The position numbers and the translations under genes are program-made. Below the pieces are notes generated by a model that saw only the letters and a list, made by a program, of their open reading frames with translations, searched no databases and was not told the DNA's origin. A stretch of 42,230 bases of DNA from Bdellovibrionota bacterium (lineage in GTDB: Bacteria; Bdellovibrionota; UBA1018; UBA923): contig JBFMCE010000024.1 in the NCBI GenBank assembly GCA_040754655.1, positions 1 through 42,230 on the forward strand, written 5' to 3'. Positions 17,492-26,977 of the stretch are shown here, piece after piece (position 1 is the first letter of the stretch; every line of letters starts with the position of its first letter).

Positions 17492-19272
17492 GGCAATGGG
17501 TTTTCTTGCTGAAGGCCGAGCAACTCCTCTCGCCTTGATTGGATATCATAGAGCTTGCGGTAAATCTGTCCTTTGCTCAAAAGTTCTTTGTGAGAACCTG
17601 ATTCGACAAGCTCTCCACGATGCAACACAAGAATACGGTCGACGCTCTTGAGGGTCGCCAGCCGGTGCGCGATCACAAGCACTGTGCGGTTTTGAAACGC
17701 CTCGTTTGACACGCGTGAAATCCAACCTTCGGTGATCGCATCGACGTGGGCCGTGGCTTCGTCTAAGATCAATATTTTAGGATCCTGCGCAAGGGCACGC
17801 AAAAATGCCACGATCTGACGCTCGCCGGACGAGAGGTTCGAGCCTTTTTCGAGCACTTGTTTGCCAAGCGAGAGGTATTCTGATTCAAAACATTCTTTGA
17901 TTGAACGAGGCAAAGCATCAATGCCTTTTTGCCGATCGGCTTCCCAAAGCAAGATGTTGTCGCGAATGGTGCCTGAGAACAGGAAAGGTTCTTGTTGGAT
18001 ATAACCGATCGCGCCGCGCACCGCTCTTTTGTCGAAAGAGCAGAGGTCTTGGCGGTCGAGCAAGAGCTTGCCTTGTTGAATGTCGTAAAACCGCATCAAT
18101 AGCGCAGAGATCGTGCTCTTGCCCGCGCCGGTATGACCCACGATTCCGACGCGTTCGCCCGATTCAACCTTAAAACTCACGTCTTTGAGGTTCCATTCAT
18201 TTCGATACCGGAACCAGACATTGCGAAATTCGATTTCTCCGCGAAAGCTGGGCTTTGAGAATGCGCGGTTTGCCGTCTCGGTTCCTTTTTCCTGGGGCCT
18301 ATCCATGAATTCAAAAATCCTCTCGCTTGAGGCCATGGCTGAAACAAAGAGGTTGTATTTCTCGGTGATGTCCCTGATTGGAGCGAACAGAGCCTGTAGA
18401 TAAGACATGAAGGTCACCAAAAGCCCGAGCGTGACCGTCTGATCAAGTACTCGGTAGCCGCCGTACCAGATCAGAAGAGACATCGAAAGGCTGCTGAGAA
18501 CGGTGATCGTGGGTTGAAAGTAGGCGTAGGTTTCAATCGTTCTCATGATCATCGACGTGTAGTGGTTTGAGACTTGTTCAAAGCGCTTTCGAAAATGAGC
18601 CTGTTTATTGAAGAGCTGAATGATCGACATTCCAGAGATGTTTTCAGCAAGAAAACCGTTGAGTTTCGAGAGAGCGCCGCGGGATTTCAAGAAAGTTTCG
18701 CGCAACTTTCGCCCAAAGTATCGCGCAGCGAATACCATGAAAGGGAACACACTCACGCAGACTAGGCCCAAACTAGGATTCAAGACCACCAGCCAAATGA
18801 CGATCCCCGCGACGATGATCGCGTGGCCCAGCGCTACGGCGACGCCACCGGTGAAGAGGTCTTGAAGGCTCGAGGTATCGTTCACCAGACGCGTGACAAG
18901 CCTACCTGTGCGGGTTTGGTTGAACTCGCTTAGGGGATAAAATTCGTATTGCTTAAGAAGATCTTGCCGCAGGTCGTGCAAGACTCTCTGGCCAAGAGAC
19001 GTCATCGTCAGACCCTGCACGATCATCGTGAGGGCTCTTAGAGCGTCGGTCGCGAAATACAGCAAAGCAAAAGGCACGAGCAGTTTGAGCTCTTTGGGCA
19101 CGAGCGCGTGATCAACGGCGTAGCCCAAGAGCCAGGGCGTCAACAGGGCGCAGAAGGTGGTGATGAGCACCATGAGAACGCTCACCGCGAACAACGCCGG
19201 ATACTTGCGAACATAAGGCCAAAGGCGTTTGCGGAAAAGGGTGAGCGTCTTGAGGCTGACCTTCTGACTCAT
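17473..19272 (-). CDS. ABC exporter, fused permease/ATPase (MdlB-like)
   Basis: 6-TM domain plus GHTGAGKS, LSSGERQ and ILDEAT. Confidence 0.93.
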   Translation of the reverse strand: MSQKVSLKTLTLFRKRLWPYVRKYPALFAVSVLMVLITTFCALLTPWLLGYAVDHALVPKELKLLVPFALLYFATDALRALTMIVQGLTMTSLGQRVLHDLRQDLLKQYEFYPLSEFNQTRTGRLVTRLVNDTSSLQDLFTGGVAVALGHAIIVAGIVIWLVVLNPSLGLVCVSVFPFMVFAARYFGRKLRETFLKSRGALSKLNGFLAENISGMSIIQLFNKQAHFRKRFEQVSNHYTSMIMRTIETYAYFQPTITVLSSLSMSLLIWYGGYRVLDQTVTLGLLVTFMSYLQALFAPIRDITEKYNLFVSAMASSERIFEFMDRPQEKGTETANRAFSKPSFRGEIEFRNVWFRYRNEWNLKDVSFKVESGERVGIVGHTGAGKSTISALLMRFYDIQQGKLLLDRQDLCSFDKRAVRGAIGYIQQEPFLFSGTIRDNILLWEADRQKGIDALPRSIKECFESEYLSLGKQVLEKGSNLSSGERQIVAFLRALAQDPKILILDEATAHVDAITEGWISRVSNEAFQNRTVLVIAHRLATLKSVDRILVLHRGELVESGSHKELLSKGQIYRKLYDIQSRREELLGLQQENPLPCQPGY

Positions 19273-21038
19273 GTGAGGGCGCTCTCCATTTGCTGCAACT
19301 CGAGAAGCCTGCGGTAGAGCCCTTGCGTCGATGAGAGGCTCGCGGGTGAACCCATCTGGGTGAGCTTGCCCTGATTGAAAACGAGGATCTGGTCGAAGCT
19401 TGAAAGCCTTGCGAAACGGTGCGTGACCATGATCAGGGCTTTGTGCCGGGTTAAATTGAGATTATTGAGAATGCGAGACTCCGTCTCGGCGTCGATGCTT
19501 GAAAGAGTATCGTCGAGAATCAGCGCCGCAGCGGGTTTGTTCAGCGCTCTAGCCAGGGCAACTCGCGCTTTCTGCCCCCCTGAAAGGTTTGATCCTCGCT
19601 CTCCGAGCACCATGTTCAAACCCCAATCTTCCGATTCCGGCCCGATCCCAGCTTTCTCCAGCGCACCTTTGATCTCGTGCGCGGGTGCGCCGCTGGTTCC
19701 CATGGATACATTCCAAGCAAGGGTTTCCGAAAACAAAAACGCTTCTTGAGGCACCACTGCGAGCAGCTCTCGGCGTTCTTCAAGTGAAAGATCGTTGACG
19801 TCATGGCCTTTCCAAAAAAGCATTCCTTCCGGAATCTCGTAGAGGCCTGCGAGCAGTCGAATGACAGTGCTTTTTCCGCTTCCTATGGGGCCGACAATCG
19901 CAGTGCGGCTTGAATCTTTGATTTGAAAGCTGACGTCTTCTAGGGCTGTCTTGTTTTGGCCGGGATAAGTGAACGTGAGATTGCGTGCTTCGATCAGCGG
20001 GGCTAATGGGTTCAGTTTCCGTGTCGCTGCGGCTGCGCCGGGTTTCGCGATGGAAGCTTCTTCTTTTTCGTTCAATACCAGGATGACTCGGGCAAGAGAG
20101 GTTTTGCCTCGTTGGTAGTGCGTGACAGCGAGGCCCAGAGCCATCATGGGCCAACCCAGCTGATCAAGATAACGCGTGAAGGCCACGAAGGTGCCCAGTC
20201 CGACCGCACCCGTGATGACATCATTGCCCGCGAAGACAATGAGCAGAACCGTGCCTAATGAGACGGTGAGCAAGAATGAAGGTTCGAAGATCGCCTGGGC
20301 CTTGGCGAGTTTGAAGTTGAGTCGCACGAATTCTTTTCCTATTTGCGAGAATCGATCAAGCTGAGTCCATTCGCGCACGAACGCTTTCACGACCCGGATG
20401 CCTTCTATGTTTTCTTGGGCGAAGCTTGAAAGCCTCGAAAAGTGCGATTGCACTTTTTCGAATCGGTCGTGCACGAGACGCTGCGCCTTTACGATGATGA
20501 AGGGCAAGGCGATCATTGGCGCGAGCGTGATCAGCGTGAATTTGGGTGAAAGCCAAAGCATGGCCGGCGGAAGGGCCAGAAGCAAGAATATCGCGTCGGC
20601 GAAAACCAGAAGGCCAGGGCCAAGAGCGAATCTGATGGCTTCGACGTCGTTTGTCGCAAGCGTCATCAGATCTCCTATGGGGTGCTTGTCGTAAAAAGAA
20701 GGAGGCAACCGCTGAAGCTTCGCAAAGTACTCGTTGCGAACCCGTTCAGCCACTCGATGCGAGGCGCGTATGAGGAAAATCCTCCAAAGATACCTGCAGA
20801 CTCCTTGCGTGAGCGCGACCACCGCGTAGGTAACGCCCAGCCATAAAAACGGCGCATACCTCTTGTCACCTTTGAAGGTGAGCGAGGCTTGATCGATGAA
20901 CCCTTTCAAGATCAGTGGTGGCAGCGCGTTGAGAAGGTCAACCGCCAGAAGAGCCAAGACTCCAAGCCCAAATTGTTTTCGATAGGGTTTTGCGTAGTGA
21001 TAAAAAGTTTTTAAAGTTTTCCTAAATTCCTTCGTCAC
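19269..21038 (-). CDS. ABC exporter, fused permease/ATPase (MdlA-like, degenerate site)
   Basis: TMD plus GPIGSGKS, LSGGQ and ILDD (Asp replaces the catalytic Glu); overlaps its partner gene by 4 bp. Confidence 0.93.
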   Translation of the reverse strand: MTKEFRKTLKTFYHYAKPYRKQFGLGVLALLAVDLLNALPPLILKGFIDQASLTFKGDKRYAPFLWLGVTYAVVALTQGVCRYLWRIFLIRASHRVAERVRNEYFAKLQRLPPSFYDKHPIGDLMTLATNDVEAIRFALGPGLLVFADAIFLLLALPPAMLWLSPKFTLITLAPMIALPFIIVKAQRLVHDRFEKVQSHFSRLSSFAQENIEGIRVVKAFVREWTQLDRFSQIGKEFVRLNFKLAKAQAIFEPSFLLTVSLGTVLLIVFAGNDVITGAVGLGTFVAFTRYLDQLGWPMMALGLAVTHYQRGKTSLARVILVLNEKEEASIAKPGAAAATRKLNPLAPLIEARNLTFTYPGQNKTALEDVSFQIKDSSRTAIVGPIGSGKSTVIRLLAGLYEIPEGMLFWKGHDVNDLSLEERRELLAVVPQEAFLFSETLAWNVSMGTSGAPAHEIKGALEKAGIGPESEDWGLNMVLGERGSNLSGGQKARVALARALNKPAAALILDDTLSSIDAETESRILNNLNLTRHKALIMVTHRFARLSSFDQILVFNQGKLTQMGSPASLSSTQGLYRRLLELQQMESALT

Positions 21039-21949
21039 AACCGAAACTCCGGCGGTATGGGGCTCTCAATGCGAACTAGGTTATGAGTGACCGGATGCTC
21101 GATCGTCAGAGCATGGGCGTGTAGAAGGAAACGACCCCAGCGTTTGTACTCAGCTGGCGACGAACCGTAAAGCGAGTCTCCCACGATGGGATGTCCCATT
21201 TCTGAAAAGTGAACGCGGATCTGATGGGTACGACCAGTAGCAATCCGAACCTCAACTAAAGAATAACTCTCGTTTTGCCCGAGAACAAGAAAGTCGGTGA
21301 TCGCTTTTTTCCCGCCGCTGCGCACACTGCCGAATTTTGCCGACTTCCCAGATTTTCCGACCTGAGCAAGGAACGATTCTAGCCTGCCCTTAGGGTTTTT
21401 GAGTCGGCCATGGACCATTGCGACATAAACCTTCACGCATTTGTGCAGCTTGAACTGATCTGCAATGAACGCATTGTGCTCAGTCGCCCGTGTGAACAAG
21501 AGAACACCAGAGGTGTCACGGTCAAGCCTGTGGTGTAAACCAAGGTAGATAGAAGGTTTCTTGAGCTGGTTTGCAAGTTGGTGCTTGGCCATTTGAAACA
21601 AGTTGAGCCTTGCTTCATCAAGAGTGGGTTGTGTCGGAAGACCCGCTGGTTTATCAAAACAGATGATGGCATCGTCTTCGTACAGCACGCGCAAGGGCGG
21701 AAAGTTTTTCTCAGACAGGTTTTCTGGCGATTTTTCTTTATTCCAATAAAGATCAATGGTCTCACCGCCGTGCACTTGCCTTGAAGCCACTCGAACTCGC
21801 TTGCCGTTGACGTAGACTGCACCGGCCACGATGAGTTTTCGAATCAAACTTCGAGAAAGTTTATGAGTCTCGGCCTCGCTGCTTTGAGCGATAGCTTGAT
21901 CAAGGCGGGTAGTCGTCTTTAATGAGTAGCGTAGAGTGATCTTCTGCAT
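21035..21949 (-). CDS. RluA-family pseudouridine synthase with S4 domain
   Basis: S4 'RLD', DKPAGL, HRLDRDTSG, TGRTHQIRVH, LHA. Confidence 0.95.
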   Translation of the reverse strand: MQKITLRYSLKTTTRLDQAIAQSSEAETHKLSRSLIRKLIVAGAVYVNGKRVRVASRQVHGGETIDLYWNKEKSPENLSEKNFPPLRVLYEDDAIICFDKPAGLPTQPTLDEARLNLFQMAKHQLANQLKKPSIYLGLHHRLDRDTSGVLLFTRATEHNAFIADQFKLHKCVKVYVAMVHGRLKNPKGRLESFLAQVGKSGKSAKFGSVRSGGKKAITDFLVLGQNESYSLVEVRIATGRTHQIRVHFSEMGHPIVGDSLYGSSPAEYKRWGRFLLHAHALTIEHPVTHNLVRIESPIPPEFRL

Positions 21950-22011
21950 GGTTTGTCACTGTATATTCAATTTCACTTCAGGGGCAAGAAGAGCTGGAGA
22001 AGCCGTGTAAC

Positions 22012-22845
22012 TCACTGCGACACGGAGTTCAAGATAGTGTGCAAGCGGTTCAGGCATTCCCACTTCAGTCGATCTTCTTCGGCATCGAGCGCCCATTTGT
22101 AGTGGAAGTACTCATCCATCTTATTGCGTTCGGGCAGGCGAAAGTCTACGCCGCGTTTGTTGAGGTAGACTGTGAACCTGCCGTACCAGGTGGCAAGCTT
22201 TTCGCGGTATTCTTTTTTGAGGTCAATGGTCTTTAAAGCTTCTTCACCAAGACGGCGCTTTAAAGTGAAAAGTGATCTCGCGATGCCATCTTTTTCAAGC
22301 TCAGCGACCAAGGCCATGCGTTCAGCGTCAGATGGCTCGGGCGCTTTGACAGAGTCAGCTGTAGGAAGCGGCACGGCAGGATTCTCAGTTTTAGGAATCT
22401 TTAAGGGATCATATTTTTGATCTAAAATGATTTGAGCCAATATCTCAGAATATGCTTTAAGCGCCGGCACTGAAGCCACGCCTCTTTCTTTTTCGCGGTA
22501 CTCGCTTGAATAGACGATGCCATTGTAGATGCCTTCGTAGTGACCGCCTTGGTCAAGCACGTTCATGTATTTGATGAACTCTTCTTCGCTCTTGAGGTCT
22601 CTCAGCACAACGACCTTAAAGAGCTCTTTGATGAATTCGCCGTTCACGCGGCGGTGTTCAAGAGAAAGAGTGGGCGAGGGTTCAGGGCTTGGCGCGGGTG
22701 AGTTTTTTTCAGTGGCTTCTAGCTTGAACCCAATTTTACCGCCGATGTTTTCATTGAAAAATTTTACAGCATTGTCGGCTGGGTTGCAGCCCGGCAGAAG
22801 CAAAAGAACGATGAGGCTAGAAGAAAAAACTAAGTTTTGCGCCAT
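22012..22845 (-). CDS. Hypothetical α-helical lipoprotein
   Basis: Lipobox-like LLPGC followed by a Pro-rich linker; no recognised domain. Confidence 0.7.
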   Translation of the reverse strand: MAQNLVFSSSLIVLLLLPGCNPADNAVKFFNENIGGKIGFKLEATEKNSPAPSPEPSPTLSLEHRRVNGEFIKELFKVVVLRDLKSEEEFIKYMNVLDQGGHYEGIYNGIVYSSEYREKERGVASVPALKAYSEILAQIILDQKYDPLKIPKTENPAVPLPTADSVKAPEPSDAERMALVAELEKDGIARSLFTLKRRLGEEALKTIDLKKEYREKLATWYGRFTVYLNKRGVDFRLPERNKMDEYFHYKWALDAEEDRLKWECLNRLHTILNSVSQ

Positions 22846-23581
22846 AGGTGTTGACTCCTCTGGTGGTGAAGTTCGCCTCGCCCGTCAATCTGAAGAACCC
22901 TGCGACAAGGCTAACGCCTCCGAAGAAATGCCCCGCATCGACAGTGGCGTCGAAGTTCACGCCCGGGATTCTGGGGATCGTGACCGTCGGGTTCGAAATG
23001 GTGCCTTTTACAAGACGATATCCGCCTCCGCCGTAGATGTCGATGAAGAGAAGCTTGAAACTGGTAAGAACATCGCCGCCATAGGTTGCGGCTTGAATGA
23101 AAGCGAGGTTGGCGTAGTTGTACTGACCTCTGATCGCGATTGGCGGAAGGCGCGGGCGTTCAATCAGAGTGTATTGCAGGTCAAAACCGTAAAGGCTGAT
23201 CGTATTGCCGCCCACCTTGATCGATGGGATGAACTCGCTGCCGACGAAAAGTCTTCGGTTGATAGCCTTTTGAATATTGATCTTCGGCAGCGGAAGGAAG
23301 CGTGGAACGTTGGGGATACCAAGGTCAGTGAGACCCTTGACGACCTTCCCAGGAATACCGATCGCAGTCGCTGATACGCCGGCGTCAAAGCCGACCTTAG
23401 AGCTGTAGGGCTTCGTGCTTTCATAGGCGTGCAGGTCGGCCCCCAAACCCACGAATGCCGTCAGGTCTGAGATGACCTCGTTGGTGGCGTTGATGAAGGT
23501 CGTTGGGTCAAAGGGTGCCGCGCCGCCCAAGGTTGGCGAGAGGATAAGGCAAATGGATGTTAAGACTACCCGAAACCCCAT
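22817..23581 (-). CDS. Outer-membrane β-barrel protein (DUF6588-like)
   Basis: Signal peptide; 'LPLPKINIQK', amphipathic strands, C-terminal 'YGAKLSFFF'. Confidence 0.65.
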   Translation of the reverse strand: MGFRVVLTSICLILSPTLGGAAPFDPTTFINATNEVISDLTAFVGLGADLHAYESTKPYSSKVGFDAGVSATAIGIPGKVVKGLTDLGIPNVPRFLPLPKINIQKAINRRLFVGSEFIPSIKVGGNTISLYGFDLQYTLIERPRLPPIAIRGQYNYANLAFIQAATYGGDVLTSFKLLFIDIYGGGGYRLVKGTISNPTVTIPRIPGVNFDATVDAGHFFGGVSLVAGFFRLTGEANFTTRGVNTYGAKLSFFF

Positions 23582-23610
23582 TCGATAGAGTTTATCTCAA
23601 TTAATAAGGT

Positions 23611-24813
23611 TTAGCGCTGGGCATTTTTGATCAGGTCAAGCGTGTGATCGAGAAGATCTCGCCTGGTGTGAAAGGGGCGCCCCTTCTTAGCGGCATTATC
23701 TGCTTCTTCGAGCAGGATTTGCGCTAAAATGTAGGGAATGACCTCGGGGTCGAGACTTTCTGGCGGTGCCACGTTGAACAAACGCGGTATTTCTTTTCGA
23801 ATGAAAGATTCAAGCGCGTCTTTCGCCTCGTTTTGAGCTCGTTTTTCGAGGATTTGCGCAAGCTGTGCCGCGCGGTAGCCTTCGAATGGTTCGTATTTAT
23901 TTTCCATACGTTGGTTCAAGAACGCATACTCTTCTAGCTCATTTAAGTAAATGTAGACGAGCGCCGTTGTAACCCCCGCTGACGCCACTATAGTGGCAAG
24001 GATCGGATTATCTTCTACGATACCGCCGTATGATTTTAACAAGATCGGAATGATGCTTTTCCCATCCGGGTTGTAGCGGACCTTGAGTTTTGGCTTTCCA
24101 AAATGACCAAGCAGCAGGCTTGCAACGAGGGGATCGATCGACAGTGGAGGCGGTATATTGGCGATTCCGGCTGCTCTGAGAGCCTCGCAGGCAGTCAGAG
24201 AGCAGTTGCTAAGGTAAAAGTTGAACGGGTCGCTGACGTGCCCCAACTGGCGATTGAAGTATAGTTTCAAGATTTCAATTTCTCGTGGCGAAGACTCAAA
24301 GACGTAACCGAAGCTTTGAAAACCCCTGGCGAATGCCATGTCTACTAAGAAGTCTTTCTTGGTAAGACCGTATCGAACTTTCCCATAGAGCGCCCCTCCT
24401 ATTCTGACTTCAAAATGGTGCCCTATCAACAAAACCTCAATAGAGTCTTTGGCGATCGTATTGGCATAGTTCTCAAGTTGGTTAACCGGTACAGCGATCG
24501 TTTTAGGTACCGGAGCTTTCTTCCTTCGAGTCTTTCTTTTGGTCGATTTTTTGATGAACTTTCGAATTGCGTTGTCGATGTTTCGTTTCTCGGGTGAGAG
24601 GGATGCGAGCTTTTCGTGCAATCGATTTACGTCCCCTTGTGATAGGTTTCCCTCGCGCACAGCCGCTTCGAGAAGCTTTGAGGCGACCGGATTGAGGCAG
24701 CTTAGGCGGGTAGGGTTTGCAGGCGCCGGTCCTTCTGCGGCGTGCACCCCGTGACCAAGCGCGGTCATCACGATCAAAATAAAGAAAAGAGCAATTCGCC
24801 CTATTCGCCTCAT
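23611..24813 (-). CDS. Secreted/membrane-anchored hypothetical protein with a possible permuted papain-like (His...Asn-Cys) domain
   Basis: Signal peptide (VHA); 'GHHFEVRIGGALYG' ... 'FNFYLSNCSLTACEAL'; later hydrophobic segment. Confidence 0.55.
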   Translation of the reverse strand: MRRIGRIALFFILIVMTALGHGVHAAEGPAPANPTRLSCLNPVASKLLEAAVREGNLSQGDVNRLHEKLASLSPEKRNIDNAIRKFIKKSTKRKTRRKKAPVPKTIAVPVNQLENYANTIAKDSIEVLLIGHHFEVRIGGALYGKVRYGLTKKDFLVDMAFARGFQSFGYVFESSPREIEILKLYFNRQLGHVSDPFNFYLSNCSLTACEALRAAGIANIPPPLSIDPLVASLLLGHFGKPKLKVRYNPDGKSIIPILLKSYGGIVEDNPILATIVASAGVTTALVYIYLNELEEYAFLNQRMENKYEPFEGYRAAQLAQILEKRAQNEAKDALESFIRKEIPRLFNVAPPESLDPEVIPYILAQILLEEADNAAKKGRPFHTRRDLLDHTLDLIKNAQR

Positions 24814-24998
24814 AAGAGAATTTTCGGGAGTTTAGAAACTCTAGATGATGAGGTTTCTTTGCGTGAGCCCGATTTTCGCTCGCCTGAGGCAATTTATGCC
24901 CATGAGAGAGATTGAGTTTTTTTACCTACAGACGAATTACATCAGCCGGTCTTTGCTAGCGCAATGGATGCCCTGACAGAGCGGAGTGAGGCGACTTC

Positions 24999-25916
24999 CT
25001 AATCCAATGCGACCCCTAGCGCTCGTGGCGGCTGGATGCGGCGGTTCTTGCTTCCAAAAAAGCCAGCGAGTAAAACTAGGGTTGCGGCATATGGAATGAT
25101 CTGGATCCATTGCACCGGAAGGTTCGTGCCATCAGGCAACTGAAAGCCTTGCAGAAAAATCTGTGAAGCCTCGACCAATCCAAATAAGAAGGCTGCCGCT
25201 GCCGCGCCCAGGGGGTTCCACCGACCTACGATGAGCGCTGCAAGGGCGATAAAGCCTCGTCCGGCCGTCATATTCCGCGAAAACCCGCTGCTGTGGTCAA
25301 TTGAAAGATAAGCGCCGGCAAGCCCGCAAAAAAAACCCGAAAGAAGCACTCCTGTCCAACGCACTTTATTGACAGAGATGCCCTGGCTGAGAAGCGCCTT
25401 GGGGTGCTCACCCGCAAATCGAAAGTATTGGCCGAGCCTAGTTTTGTAGTGGAAGAGAGTGACCAGAGCCGCGCAAGCAAAACAGAGAAGGATCAGATGC
25501 GAAACCCCGCCAAAACTCGCCACACGCATGTTTTGCGAAAGAGAAGGCGTGCCGCTTGAAACACCAAAAAAAGCTTTGCCAATGACAGGGCACAGACCGG
25601 CGGCCAATAAATTCACTGCAAGCCCGCTGATGATGTGTTCACCTTTGAGTTTTACGCAAAGCAATCCGTGCAATGCAGACAGGAGCATGGCCGATGCGAC
25701 CCCTGCGGCTATTCCGGCAAAGGCGCTTTGAGTGGCTAACGCAACTGCCGCTGCACTGAAAGCCCCGATCAGCATCATGCCCTCAAGCGCGATATTCACT
25801 GTTCCGGTGCGTTCGCTGCAATACCCGCCAAGAGCTGCGAGACAAAGCGGGGTGCCGAGCCGAATCGCTGAGAGGAGAATAACGAGAAAAAGGCCCTCTT
25901 GGCTTGAACCTTCCAT
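24999..25916 (-). CDS. Nucleoside/sugar ABC transporter permease
   Basis: 'SERTGTVNIALEGMML', 'GRGFIALAALIVGRWNP'. Start 25916 overlaps the upstream stop (track start 25949). Confidence 0.92.
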   Translation of the reverse strand: MEGSSQEGLFLVILLSAIRLGTPLCLAALGGYCSERTGTVNIALEGMMLIGAFSAAAVALATQSAFAGIAAGVASAMLLSALHGLLCVKLKGEHIISGLAVNLLAAGLCPVIGKAFFGVSSGTPSLSQNMRVASFGGVSHLILLCFACAALVTLFHYKTRLGQYFRFAGEHPKALLSQGISVNKVRWTGVLLSGFFCGLAGAYLSIDHSSGFSRNMTAGRGFIALAALIVGRWNPLGAAAAAFLFGLVEASQIFLQGFQLPDGTNLPVQWIQIIPYAATLVLLAGFFGSKNRRIQPPRALGVALD

Positions 25917-26977
25917 TAAGCTCTCCTTTTCAGCGATTGCCCGATGCAAAGCCCCACCAGCACAAGCGCCTGTATGACGACTGAAAGATCTCGGGTGATG
26001 TATTCAGTTTCAAGGTCTAGGTCTAGCGCCCCTTTCTGAAGGCCCGCGAAAAGAAGGGCTCCGGCGATGAGGCCGGTGATCTTCCCTCGGGCAAGCAGCG
26101 CCACCGTGAGGCCCGTGAACCCATAGCTAGGCGAGAACCCGTCAATGAGCCGGTAAGAGTTGCAATAGACTTCATTGAACCCGGCAAGCCCCGCGATGCC
26201 GCCAGAAAGAGCCATCGCTGAGAGCAGTGTCTTTTTAACGCCAATGCCTGCAAGTTTCGCAGCCGGCTCGCTTTGCCCTGTCGCTCTGACTCGAAAGCCC
26301 CACCAAGAACGTGTGATGGCTCCCAAAACAATGACCGCAATTATTAGAGCGACAAAAAGAAAAGGGCTCGCTTGTCCCCAGATTTTTTCGATCCTCAAGC
26401 TTTCAATGATCCAGACCGTCTCAGAGTTTTGCGTCTCCACATTCTTGAGCGGATTCAAAATCGCCCAATTCACGATCGCATAGGCGATGAAATTCAGCAT
26501 GATCGTCGAGAGTACTTCGTGGGTCTGTCGATAGGTTTTCAGGTATCCCGCCAGCGCAGCGAAAAAAGCTCCGCCGATGAAGGCCGCGCCCGTCCCGCCT
26601 ACGAGGCAGAGCACCGATAGCGCAGGCGACAGGCCCGCTTGTTGCTGAAAAAGCGCGGCCACGGCTTGGTTCCACAGAACTGCGAACAGAGCGCCGATAT
26701 AGAGCTGTCCTTCAGCGCCGATATTGTAAAGCCCTGCCTCTAGCGCCACGGTCACGGCCGTTGCAGTTAAGAGGATGAAGGTTGCGTAGAACAAGGTGTA
26801 CGAAAAGTTTTCAACCCCTCCGAAAGCCGAATTGAACAGAATTAGCAGTACCGCAAGGGGGCTTTCGCCCACCGCCCAGACTGCTCCGGAAGCCAATGCA
26901 AGAGTGAGCAGGCCTGCAAAAAGCGCGGGCCAATACTTTAAGAGCGCTTCTCGCAGGTCGATCGTCGAAAGATTCAT
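25916..26977 (-). CDS. Nucleoside/sugar ABC transporter permease
   Basis: 'GLYNIGAEGQ', 'EVLSTIMLN', 'YGFTGLTVALLA'. Confidence 0.92.
   Translation of the reverse strand: MNLSTIDLREALLKYWPALFAGLLTLALASGAVWAVGESPLAVLLILFNSAFGGVENFSYTLFYATFILLTATAVTVALEAGLYNIGAEGQLYIGALFAVLWNQAVAALFQQQAGLSPALSVLCLVGGTGAAFIGGAFFAALAGYLKTYRQTHEVLSTIMLNFIAYAIVNWAILNPLKNVETQNSETVWIIESLRIEKIWGQASPFLFVALIIAVIVLGAITRSWWGFRVRATGQSEPAAKLAGIGVKKTLLSAMALSGGIAGLAGFNEVYCNSYRLIDGFSPSYGFTGLTVALLARGKITGLIAGALLFAGLQKGALDLDLETEYITRDLSVVIQALVLVGLCIGQSLKRRA

Noticed and set aside
22565..23374. 269-aa + strand ORF
   Set aside because: Antisense to two credible minus-strand genes.
24830..24900. Possible c-di-GMP-I riboswitch (GAAA...ACGCAAAG on the minus strand)
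   Set aside because: Lacks the GGCAAAC element and convincing P1/P2 pairing; would need an Rfam scan.
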